The notes below the pieces were generated by a model, which ran no database searches, had not been told where the DNA came from, and was given only the letters and a program-made list of their open reading frames with translations. Positions 1-7,565 of a DNA stretch of 19,583 bases are shown here, piece after piece. Position numbers and translations under genes: made by a program. Source of the stretch: Oligoflexales bacterium (GTDB lineage: Bacteria; Bdellovibrionota_B; Oligoflexia; Oligoflexales; RGVZ01); the NCBI GenBank assembly GCA_044236265.1, contig JBIIGV010000051.1, positions 1 through 19,583 on the forward strand, written 5' to 3'. Numbering within the stretch: the first letter of the stretch is position 1; each line of letters opens with the position of its first letter.

Positions 1-2
1 AT

Positions 3-1217
3 GTTCTTGATCGTCACACGGCCAGTGAGGCCAAGCGTCAGGAGCTTCTCAAGCTTTTTGAGCAGTCCAAAACCAATGGCGAATATGACTTTGCTGCCAA
101 GATTCAATATTCCGAGATTCCGAAGATAGAGTCAGAGCTTAAAGCATCACAGGCGGAGTTGGATGCGCTACAGAAGCAGCATCACTTCCTTAGGCAAATA
201 GTTGGACGTCGCGAAGTAGCCGAGGTTGTCAGTGTGTGGACAGGTGTTCCCGCAAGTAAAATGCTTGAGTCGGATGCTGATCGTCTTATGTCGATGGAAA
301 ATCGCATGTCGCAGCGCGTCTTTGGTCAGTCGGAGGCCGTGCAAAGTGTTTGTCGTGCTGTGCGCCGATCAAGGGCAGGGGTCAGTGAGCCCGGCAGACC
401 GCAGGGCGTGTTTTTATTCATGGGTCCAACAGGCGTTGGTAAAACTGAGACAGCCAAAGCTCTGGCCCAGGAGCTGTTTGATGATGAATCAAAAATTATT
501 CGCGTTGATATGTCTGAGTATATGCAAGAGCACAACGTGTCGCGTCTCATCGGAGCACCTCCTGGCTATGTAGGTCACGGAGAGGGTGGAGAGCTTACCG
601 AAGCAGTTCGACGAAAGCCTTACGCAGTCGTGCTCTTTGATGAAATTGAAAAGGCGCACCCACGCGTACTCGATATCTTGCTGCAAACATTTGATGATGG
701 GCGCCTAACCGACGGTAATGGTCGATTGGTGGACTTCACTAATACGCTGATCATTTTGACCTCTAATATTCGAGTGGAAATCCCTGTCGCATTTGACCCA
801 GAGGGGCGTGAGTATGCTGTTCGCCAAGCACTCGCTGACGTAATGCGCCCTGAGTTTGTGAATAGAATCGACGAGGTGGTAGAGTTCCGCTCTCTTGGAA
901 CAGGCCACTATGGAAAACTTGTGGATAAACAACTTTCTGGACTCAACGAGCGCCTTGAAGAGCGATCGCTGCGGATATTTGTTGGCCCAGAGCTCCGTCA
1001 GCGCCTCGTTGAGACCGCGCGTGACGGGCGTTTTGGGGGACGAGCCCTCAAACGGGCATTTCAGTCTCTGGTTGTCGATGCCGTCAGTGAAAAAATCATC
1101 AATGATGCCCAAGAATTCACCGGCGCCTGGCAGATCAACTGCGACGAATTTGGGCGAATTTTCTGGACGCGCGGTAGCGGTGAAACCCTTCTCTTGCCTG
1201 CGGCTAAGGGCCTTTAA
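3..1217 (+). CDS. clpB: ClpB-type AAA+ chaperone/disaggregase, 5'-truncated by the window edge
   Basis: The frame is open from position 3, upstream of the ORF-track start, and reads ...GEYDFAAKIQYSEIP..., resembling the ClpB M-domain. NBD2 motifs are present: Walker A GPTGVGKT, RVDMSEY, pore loop GAPPGYVG, Walker B VVLFDEIEKAHP, DDGRLTD and RPEFVNRID. Confidence 0.88.
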   Translation, partial: VLDRHTASEAKRQELLKLFEQSKTNGEYDFAAKIQYSEIPKIESELKASQAELDALQKQHHFLRQIVGRREVAEVVSVWTGVPASKMLESDADRLMSMENRMSQRVFGQSEAVQSVCRAVRRSRAGVSEPGRPQGVFLFMGPTGVGKTETAKALAQELFDDESKIIRVDMSEYMQEHNVSRLIGAPPGYVGHGEGGELTEAVRRKPYAVVLFDEIEKAHPRVLDILLQTFDDGRLTDGNGRLVDFTNTLIILTSNIRVEIPVAFDPEGREYAVRQALADVMRPEFVNRIDEVVEFRSLGTGHYGKLVDKQLSGLNERLEERSLRIFVGPELRQRLVETARDGRFGGRALKRAFQSLVVDAVSEKIINDAQEFTGAWQINCDEFGRIFWTRGSGETLLLPAAKGL

Positions 1218-1234
1218 AGCGTAAGGTATTTCGC

Positions 1235-1263
1235 TTGACACTGCTTGGGCGAATCGCTACTTT
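1235..1263 (+). promoter_or_regulatory. sigma70-type promoter for tRNA-Gln/prs
   Basis: TTGACA (1235-1240), 17 nt spacer, TACTTT (1258-1263), just upstream of the tRNA. Confidence 0.7.
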
Positions 1264-1300
1264 CAGTCCCCTACCGGTATGCGGATTAGGCTTTCCCTGG

Positions 1301-1375
1301 TGGGGCGTCGTCAAGTGGTAAGACTCTGGATTTTGATTCCAGCATTCGTAGGTTCGAATCCTACCGCCCCAGCCA
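1301..1375 (+). tRNA. tRNA-Gln (anticodon UUG)
   Basis: Cloverleaf with acceptor TGGGGCG/CGCCCCA, anticodon arm CTGGA-TT-TTG-AT-TCCAG, T-arm GTAGG-TTCGAAT-CCTAC, discriminator G and encoded CCA. The position upstream of prs is typical. Confidence 0.97.
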
Positions 1376-1455
1376 TCTCAAACTGACGTTCTTTAGCCGT
1401 CCCGGTGAAGCTTTTCTCGTTCGATCATTAACCTCTCGTTTTTGGGGGTCGCGTC

Positions 1456-2391
1456 GTGGACACGGAAATGATCATTTTCTCCGGGAACTCTAACCGGCCT
1501 CTTGCTGAAAAAATTGCGTCGTATTTGGATACTGCACTCGGATCTTCGGTTGTGGGTCAATTTGCAGATGGTGAGACGCGTGTCGAGCTGGGCTGTAATG
1601 TCCGCGGGCGTGATGTTTACATCATTCAGTCTTCTTGCATGCCTGCCAATCATCACATCATGGAAGCTGTCATCATGGCAGACGCCGCTAGACGTGCTTC
1701 GGCTAAGACAGTCAATCTAGTTATGCCCTATTTTGGTTATGCTCGACAGGAGCGTAAGAGTGCTCCAAGGACACCGATCACTGCAAAGTTGGTGGCTGAC
1801 TTGATCACGACGGCAGGAGTTTCGCGTCTAATCACGATGGAACTGCACACGGGCGCTATTCAGGGATTTTTCAACATTCCCGTCGATCACCTTTTTGCTA
1901 AGCCAGTCTTTACAAGTCACTTCCGAAAATCCGATAAAATGCTCATGGTGTCTCCTGATGCTGGAGGGGTGGAGCGCGCTCGAGCGCTTGCCAAGATGTA
2001 CGACTGCGGTCTTGCCATCATCGACAAACGTCGTGATCGTCCGAACGAAAGCAATGTCATGAACCTGATCGGTGACGTGAAGGGCAAAGACTGTATCCTT
2101 GTGGACGACATTTGCGATACAGCCGGCTCATTGACCAAAGCAGCTGAGGCTTTGATGAATGAGGGAGCTGCCTCGGTGAGAGCCTGCGTCAGCCATGCAG
2201 TCCTCTCTGGGCCTGCAGTCGAGAGAATTTCCTCCTCGGTTTTGACGGAGTTTGTGTGTACGGACTCAATTCCCCTCAGCTCCGAAGCTAGAAAATGCAG
2301 CAAAATCATACAGTTGAGCATTGCTGAACTGATCGGAAAGGCGCTGCGCCGTATTCATAACGCGGACTCCATCAGCTCTCTTTTTGTTTAA
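1456..2391 (+). CDS. prs: Ribose-phosphate pyrophosphokinase
   Basis: Motifs FADGET, PYFGYARQER, VSPDAGGVERAR, IIDKRR and LVDDICDTAGSL; 311 aa. Confidence 0.97.
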   Translation: MDTEMIIFSGNSNRPLAEKIASYLDTALGSSVVGQFADGETRVELGCNVRGRDVYIIQSSCMPANHHIMEAVIMADAARRASAKTVNLVMPYFGYARQERKSAPRTPITAKLVADLITTAGVSRLITMELHTGAIQGFFNIPVDHLFAKPVFTSHFRKSDKMLMVSPDAGGVERARALAKMYDCGLAIIDKRRDRPNESNVMNLIGDVKGKDCILVDDICDTAGSLTKAAEALMNEGAASVRACVSHAVLSGPAVERISSSVLTEFVCTDSIPLSSEARKCSKIIQLSIAELIGKALRRIHNADSISSLFV

Positions 2392-2469
2392 ACCGCGTCT
2401 GTGTCCTTGAACCTGGTGTCTTTTAGGCTTGAAAGAGCCTATTTGACGGCATTTATGGCCAGATTTTCA

Positions 2470-2498
2470 TTGCCAATTCTTGAGGGCGATTGTATAAG
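2470..2498 (+). promoter_or_regulatory. sigma70-type promoter for rplY-pth
   Basis: TTGCCA, 17 nt spacer, TATAAG in the prs-rplY intergenic region. Confidence 0.5.
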
Positions 2499-2601
2499 TT
2501 GGTCCCTTTTTAAGCTCAAGTTCGGTATCTCCGTGCTTGGCTGGGTATTTAATGCATGCTAAACCCATGCTCTCAGTATTTTTGATCACTGGAGACAAAT
2601 C

Positions 2602-2889
2602 ATGTCGGAATCAGTCAACGTAACAATCGAAGCAGCTCTGCGCACAGGCACAGGCAAGAGCTACACTCACAAGCTGCGCCGCGCTGGAAAAATCCCAGCT
2701 GTGCTTTTGGAAAACGGCAAGGCAACCAACATTGAGTTGGATCCAAAACTTCTTTCCAAAGCTTGGAAAAACGGCGGTCGTAAGTTTGACATGGTATTGG
2801 ACGGCAAAACTGTCCCAGTGAAGATTCAAGAGCTTCAGGTTGATCCGGTTAAGCGATTGGCTCTTCACGTGGATCTGATGAAGGCTTAA
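2602..2889 (+). CDS. rplY: 50S ribosomal protein bL25, short single-domain form
   Basis: Motifs RTGTGK..KLRRAGKIPAV and IQELQVDPVK...LHVDL; GGAGA SD; canonical prs-rplY-pth order; 95 aa. Confidence 0.93.
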   Translation: MSESVNVTIEAALRTGTGKSYTHKLRRAGKIPAVLLENGKATNIELDPKLLSKAWKNGGRKFDMVLDGKTVPVKIQELQVDPVKRLALHVDLMKA

Positions 2890-2892
2890 GTT

Positions 2893-3456
2893 TTGAAGCT
2901 GCTGATCGGCCTTGGAAACCCCGGGCAACGTTATGAGATGTCGCGACACAACGCGGGTTTTTGGGTGATCGATGAGCTGGCCCAAGATGCCAAGATTGAT
3001 TGGGATCAAGGTGCCGTAGAAAAGTTTCAAGGCGTCATGGCAAAGGGCCAGGTTCTCGGTGAGGCTTGTGTACTGTTAAAGCCGATGACGTTTATGAATC
3101 TGAGTGGCCGGTCGGTGTTGAAGGTTGCTCAGTTTTTTAAGATCCCGTCTGATGATTGGATCGTCTTACATGATGACATTGATGTGCCATCAGGTAAGGT
3201 TCGGGCGCGAGCCGGAGGAGGCCATGGTGGCCACAACGGAATTCGCTCCATCATGGAAGAGTCTGGTAAGGACGACTTCCAGCGTGTGAAGCTTGGCGTG
3301 GGTCGCCCTCCAAAACTGGAAGATGGACGACCCATGATGGATGTGGCAGATTACGTGCTTCGTCCAATGCCGGCGAACGAAGTCGCAGACTACGTCAAAG
3401 CTGTGAAGGCTGATGTGGAGCTGCGCATGAAGGAAATGTTTAGACAGCGGAAATAA
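2893..3456 (+). CDS. pth: Peptidyl-tRNA hydrolase
   Basis: Motifs LIGLGNPG..Y..SRHNAGF, LKPMTFMNLSG, VLHDDID, GGHNGIRS and VADYVL. Confidence 0.97.
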   Translation: MKLLIGLGNPGQRYEMSRHNAGFWVIDELAQDAKIDWDQGAVEKFQGVMAKGQVLGEACVLLKPMTFMNLSGRSVLKVAQFFKIPSDDWIVLHDDIDVPSGKVRARAGGGHGGHNGIRSIMEESGKDDFQRVKLGVGRPPKLEDGRPMMDVADYVLRPMPANEVADYVKAVKADVELRMKEMFRQRK

Positions 3457-3494
3457 TTTCGCTGCAAGACATAATCCCTCGAATGACGAGGGAG

Positions 3495-3547
3495 GCTCCT
3501 TTGCCAGATGCGTTAGTGTCATCTGGCTGCTTAAACCATAAGGGAGG
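3495..3547 (+). ncRNA. S6:S18-type ribosomal protein leader (cis-regulatory RNA)
   Basis: CTCCT(T) can pair with the SD AAGGGAGG, enclosing an inner stem GCCAGATG/CATCTGGC and the internal-loop strand TGCTTAAACCAT. This is the architecture of the known rpsF leader. Confidence 0.7.
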
Positions 3548-3555
3548 ATTTTAAG

Positions 3556-3933
3556 GTGTTAAGAGAATACGAAATGACAATTATTGCGCGTGCAGACCTC
3601 CCAGAGTCTGAAGGCGCGAAGCTTCTTGGCAAGTACGAGAAGTTGATGACAGCAGACGGCGGAGAAATTTTGCAAAAAAGTTCTTGGGGCGTGAAGAAAC
3701 TTGCGTTCCCAATGAAGAAGGCCTTCCGCGGTAACTACGTAAACTATGATTTCGTTGGTACATCAGCGAACTTGGCTGAGATGGAACGTCTGATGCGTAT
3801 TGATGACGATGTTCTTCGTTATATGTCGGTATATGTCGGCCAAAACGTCAACGTTGCAAAACGTAAAGAGCAACTGGCGAAAGCTGCTTCTGCAGCCCGT
3901 GAAGCCGCCAACGAATTCCGCGAACGCGATTGA
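3556..3933 (+). CDS. rpsF: 30S ribosomal protein bS6
   Basis: Motifs REYEMTII.R.D, WGVKKLAFPMKK..G.Y and MRIDDDVLRYM; GTG start with a GGGAGG SD. Confidence 0.96.
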   Translation: MLREYEMTIIARADLPESEGAKLLGKYEKLMTADGGEILQKSSWGVKKLAFPMKKAFRGNYVNYDFVGTSANLAEMERLMRIDDDVLRYMSVYVGQNVNVAKRKEQLAKAASAAREAANEFRERD

Positions 3934-3965
3934 TCGCCATTGGCTAAGAGCAGGAGAACGAAACC

Positions 3966-4412
3966 ATGAAAGTTATTTTGAACCAAGACGTCACATCGCT
4001 TGGCCGCATTGGCGAAATCGTGAACGTTCGTAACGGTTATGCCCGTAACTACCTTCTTCCACGTGGCGTTGCTGCAGTGGCTAACGAAGCAAACGAGGCA
4101 GCTTTAAAACATCACCGCCGCATTCTCGACAAAAAGAAAGCCAAATTGCTCGCAGACGCAAAAGCGTTGGCATCTCAGATCGAGAAGGTGTCTGTCACCG
4201 TTTACAAGCAAACTGGTGAAGACGAGCGTATTTTCGGCTCCGTCACCATGGCGGAACTCGAGGATTTGTTGACTCAAGAAGGTCACAAGGTGTCTCGCCG
4301 TGACATTTCTTTGGTGGAAGAAATCAAGAAAGTTGGTGTCTACCAAGGACAAGTTAAGCTTCACCCTGAAGTATCGGCTAAATTCAAAGTTTGGGTTGTT
4401 GCCAAGCAGTGA
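3966..4412 (+). CDS. rplI: 50S ribosomal protein bL9
   Basis: N-terminus MKVILNQDV..LGRIGEIVNVRNGYARNYLLPRG, plus IFGSVT and IKKVG.Y...VKLHPEV. Confidence 0.97.
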   Translation: MKVILNQDVTSLGRIGEIVNVRNGYARNYLLPRGVAAVANEANEAALKHHRRILDKKKAKLLADAKALASQIEKVSVTVYKQTGEDERIFGSVTMAELEDLLTQEGHKVSRRDISLVEEIKKVGVYQGQVKLHPEVSAKFKVWVVAKQ

Positions 4413-4460
4413 TCCCGGATGGGGTCAGGGCTTTGTCATAAGTCCTCGAACTGGAAAGCT

Positions 4461-4506
4461 AAAACAGCCCGCGGTTGCAAAAGGATTGCGCCGCGGGTTA
4501 GTTTTT
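4461..4506 (+). terminator. Probable intrinsic terminator/attenuator between rplI and dnaB
   Basis: GC-rich hairpin GCCCGCGGTTGCAA-AAGGA-TTGCGCCGCGGGT followed by TAGTTTTT. Confidence 0.55.
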
Positions 4507-4546
4507 AACTGAAATTAATTGGACTAATTTTACGGGGTCTCGGGCG

Positions 4547-5872
4547 ATGCAGGGATTTGTCCCTCCACATTCTCAGGAATCTGAAAAGGCCGTATTGGGA
4601 GCGATTCTCAAGGAGCCTGTGCACCTGACTAGTGTGACTGCTGGCGGACTTCTCGCAGAACACTTTTTTGCGGACGCCCATCGTCGAATTTTTGAAGCGA
4701 TGATGGAGTTGGATGCGGCTAACCATCCTACAGATATTGTGTCTGTTGCTGAGAAAATAAAACGTGGAGCTAATGCTCAGGGACAAGAAATTGGTGCAGG
4801 CTACCTGATTGAACTCATGGAGTCCGCTCCTGTCGCTCAAAATGCCTTGTATTATGCGACTCAAATCAGGAAGCATGCATATTTACGTAGAATCGTGGCC
4901 ATGGGGCAAAGCGTTACCGCTAGGGCAGCCACGGCTGACGGTGACGTCACGGAGTTCTTAGGCGATTTTGAAAAAGAGATCCTCGCAATTTTTAATGAAC
5001 AGGATCGCCAAGGCGGTATCACATCTGCGCCGGTCGTCTTGGATAGTACAATTGAGGAGATTGAGCGTCGTATTCAGTCCAATGGTCAGCCTACAGGGGT
5101 CCCCTCAGGGTTTAGAGATTTGGATAATTTGACGGGTGGTTTCCAAAAAAGTGATTTGATTATTCTCGCTGCTCGACCCGCTATGGGTAAAACAGCGCTA
5201 GCACTTAACTTTGCCGCTCATGCAGCCCAGAAAGGTATTCCTGCGGTTGTCTTTAGCCTGGAAATGCCCAAAAACCAGTTGATGATGCGTCTTCTGTCTT
5301 CCATTGGACGGATAGATTCTAGCCGTATCCGTAAGGGTGATCTCACGGATGACGACCTGAATCGCCTTGGGGTCGCGGCAAACACATTGACGAATATGCC
5401 TCTTAGCATCGATGACACGGGAGGCATCTCCCTTGTTGAATTAAGATCTCGTCTAAGACGCCATAAAAAGGAATTTGGTCTTGGTCTGGTCATTATCGAC
5501 TACTTACAGCTTATGGGTACGACCAGTAAGCGTAGTGACAGCCGTGAGCGTGAGGTCGCTGAGTTGTCCGGGGGGCTTAAGGCTTTAGCAAAGGAGCTTG
5601 ATGTTCCGGTTATAGTCTTGTCTCAGCTCAACCGTAGTGCAGATACGAGAACAGATCATCGACCAAAAACTAGTGACTTACGTGAATCCGGAGCTATCGA
5701 GCAGGATGCTGACTTAATTTTATTTGTTTACCGGGATGAGTATTACAACCCAAATAGTGAAGACGCCGGTAAAGCGGAGATAATTGTGGCTAAAAACCGT
5801 CATGGATCTCTCGATGAGATTAAATTGGCGTGCCAACTTAATTTCGTATCCTTTTATAACTTACTTCAATAA
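4547..5872 (+). CDS. dnaB: Replicative DNA helicase DnaB
   Basis: Motifs PPHS.E.EKAVLGAIL, Walker A AARPAMGKT, FSLEM, IIDYLQLM, LSQLNR, DLRESGAIEQDAD and KNRHG. No intein; 441 aa. Confidence 0.98.
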   Translation: MQGFVPPHSQESEKAVLGAILKEPVHLTSVTAGGLLAEHFFADAHRRIFEAMMELDAANHPTDIVSVAEKIKRGANAQGQEIGAGYLIELMESAPVAQNALYYATQIRKHAYLRRIVAMGQSVTARAATADGDVTEFLGDFEKEILAIFNEQDRQGGITSAPVVLDSTIEEIERRIQSNGQPTGVPSGFRDLDNLTGGFQKSDLIILAARPAMGKTALALNFAAHAAQKGIPAVVFSLEMPKNQLMMRLLSSIGRIDSSRIRKGDLTDDDLNRLGVAANTLTNMPLSIDDTGGISLVELRSRLRRHKKEFGLGLVIIDYLQLMGTTSKRSDSREREVAELSGGLKALAKELDVPVIVLSQLNRSADTRTDHRPKTSDLRESGAIEQDADLILFVYRDEYYNPNSEDAGKAEIIVAKNRHGSLDEIKLACQLNFVSFYNLLQ

Positions 5873-5913
5873 CAACCGACCCGAAGAGTTTTTTAGCCAC
5901 GCGGCCAATCAAC

Positions 5914-5960
5914 AAAAAAAAGAAGAGGCCCGCCATCAGTTTTTGGCGGGCCTCTTCTTT
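5914..5960. terminator. Bidirectional intrinsic terminator between convergent dnaB and the fis-like gene
   Basis: Perfect 17-bp inverted repeat AAAGAAGAGGCCCGCCA / TGGCGGGCCTCTTCTTT with an A-tract on the left, which is a U-tract on the - strand. Confidence 0.85.
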
Positions 5961-5986
5961 ATCAGATGTTCAAACTGTATGGGCTA

Positions 5987-6352
5987 TTAGGCCTTAACAG
6001 AGTGCATCTTCATCTTCTTACGAAGGGTGTTCCTGTTGATTCCCAAGATACGGCTAGCGTGAACTTGGTTTCCACCAGTGCGACGAAGAATTTGGGCCAA
6101 AAGTGGCTTTTCAACTTTGCCTAGGATCAGGCTGTGGAGGTCTTCAGGGTACATACCGCCGACCTGGTCAAGGAACTTGGAAATCTTGTGTTCAACGACT
6201 GCTTCCAGGGAGAAACTGTCTAGCTTACCGGTAAATTCGCCATCAGTGGCGAAAGGCAGGCTTGAGGCATGACGGGTTGCGTCAGCTTCGATGCGGGAGG
6301 TTGTTGGGACGACTTTGACAGGGTTCGAGCTACTTACGGTCTGCATTTCCAC
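5987..6352 (-). CDS. Stand-alone Fis-family HTH DNA-binding protein
   Basis: C-terminus LHSLILGKVEKPLLAQILRRTGGNQVHASRILGINRNTLRKK matches Fis/NtrC HTH_8. The start was moved to GTG 6352 because a GGAGA SD lies 7 nt upstream; ATG 6346 is also possible. Confidence 0.85.
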   Translation of the reverse strand: MEMQTVSSSNPVKVVPTTSRIEADATRHASSLPFATDGEFTGKLDSFSLEAVVEHKISKFLDQVGGMYPEDLHSLILGKVEKPLLAQILRRTGGNQVHASRILGINRNTLRKKMKMHSVKA

Positions 6353-6443
6353 GCGAATTTCTCCACTAGAATTCAGTAGGTTAAAGGAAACTGCCATTTC
6401 TGACAGAGACAATAAAAACGTTGAGCACACTGTTTTCGTAGCC

Positions 6444-6458
6444 GACTAAATTTTGGTC
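6444..6458. promoter_or_regulatory. Candidate Fis-type binding site
   Basis: GACTAAATTTTGGTC fits G-NN-YR-(A/T core)-YR-NN-C and lies in the predicted leader of the fis-like gene. Confidence 0.45.
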
Positions 6459-6476
6459 TCCGAAAACGGGACTCAT

Positions 6477-6505
6477 GAAATAGCAACAGTCGACCCGGCT
6501 GTCAA
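6477..6505 (-). promoter_or_regulatory. sigma70-type promoter for the fis-like gene
   Basis: Minus strand reads TTGACA, 17 nt spacer, TATTTC with a TGn extension. Confidence 0.5.
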
Positions 6506-6681
6506 TTGGGCTTATGCAAAAAAATTAACTCAATCGCTTTTATTTTGCTTGCTTTCACTGAAAGGCGTTTACGAAATTGCCCTAGGTAATTCCTGCCCGC
6601 TCTAAATTCATTCGGGCTTCGGTATTCTAAGAATAAAGGCAGCGGTTTTTTTCAACTTGGTCAGAAAAGGATTTTCAGACC

Positions 6682-6709
6682 TTGCCTCCGGCAGAAACGT
6701 GATTATAGT
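6682..6709 (+). promoter_or_regulatory. Possible promoter for grpE
   Basis: TTGCCT, 16 nt spacer, TATAGT, about 40 nt before the ATG. Confidence 0.35.
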
Positions 6710-6750
6710 GCCTCCTTGATCGATAAAAACCTCGATTTCGGAGACAAGCT

Positions 6751-7368
6751 ATGGGCCACGAAACTGATTCGGCAAATGAAAAAAATGCCAGCGCTAACCA
6801 ACCACCAGTCGCGGGAGCTAACGGCCACGCGAATGAGGAAGCCTCAACGAATCAAGAGGCAGTCGCTTCCCCCAACCAGGCGACCGATACTGAGAGCGGC
6901 AAAGATGTCGAGCAAATCAGCCAAGAACTGGCTGAGATGAAGGAACGGCTTCTTCGCAATGTTGCTGAAATGGACAACATGCGCAAGAGACTCGAAAGAG
7001 AGAAAGCAGACTTCATTAAGTTCAGTATGGAATCAGTGTTGAAAGATATGATTCCGGTACTCGATAGCTTCGACAAAGCGCTGTCTGCATCATCTCATTC
7101 TGAACCCGGCGACTCAAAAAGTTTCCACGATGGCATGAGCATGGTTCACAGGCAGTTTATAACGGCGCTCTCTAAGCACGGGCTGGAGCCGGTTGAATCT
7201 GTCGGAAAACCATTTGATCCGAACTTCCATCAGGCGATCCAGCGCATCGAATCCAGTGATGTCACAGATGAGATTGTGGCAACTGAATTCATGAAGGGAT
7301 ACGCATTACACGGACGGCTTGTAAGGCCTGCCATGGTAAGCGTTAAGGTGCCTGGAGGAAGTAATTGA
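6751..7368 (+). CDS. grpE: Nucleotide exchange factor GrpE
   Basis: Motifs LLRNVAEMDNMRKR, PVLDSFDKAL, GKPFDPNFHQAI and KGYALHGRLVRPAMVSV; disordered acidic N-terminus; GGAGA SD. Confidence 0.97.
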   Translation: MGHETDSANEKNASANQPPVAGANGHANEEASTNQEAVASPNQATDTESGKDVEQISQELAEMKERLLRNVAEMDNMRKRLEREKADFIKFSMESVLKDMIPVLDSFDKALSASSHSEPGDSKSFHDGMSMVHRQFITALSKHGLEPVESVGKPFDPNFHQAIQRIESSDVTDEIVATEFMKGYALHGRLVRPAMVSVKVPGGSN

Positions 7369-7467
7369 CAAATGACCAAGAACGCTAAGTTCCTGTCATA
7401 GGTAAGTAAAGCTCCCCGTTTGGCCCTTTCGCCACGACCCTCCAAAATGCGGCTCTTCAGCAGCGAC

Positions 7468-7494
7468 TAAGATTTCCTCCGTCTCGTCCGATCA
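7468..7494 (+). promoter_or_regulatory. Candidate sigma28 (FliA) promoter upstream of lon
   Basis: TAAG-N15-TCCGATCA compared with the consensus TAAA-N15-GCCGATAA. Confidence 0.5.
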
Positions 7495-7565
7495 TTAGGG
7501 CGTTAAAGAAGGAAGTCTAAAACAACCGGCGTTCGAAGGAACGTCACAGGCACGAGGAGTCCAAA

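Noticed and set aside
920..928. Perfect DnaA box (TGTGGATAA)
   Set aside because: It is a single copy inside the clpB coding sequence, with no box cluster or AT-rich unwinding element, so it is not an oriC.
705..1241. 178-aa antisense ORF and the other short alternative-frame ORFs
   Set aside because: They lie over well-supported genes and show no recognisable motifs, so they are shadow ORFs.
3800..4033. 77-aa ORF spanning the rpsF-rplI junction as a hidden rpsR
   Set aside because: It shows no bS18 signatures (IDYKD, GKI.P.R.TG, AIKRAR) and overlaps both flanking genes out of frame.
6421..6449. CIRCE-like sequence in the fis-grpE intergenic region
   Set aside because: Too many mismatches to TTAGCACTC-N9-GAGTGCTAA and about 300 nt from grpE.
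7365..7391. TTGACA overlapping the grpE stop as a sigma70 promoter for lon
   Set aside because: The best -10 (TAAGTT) is only 15 nt away, which is poor spacing.
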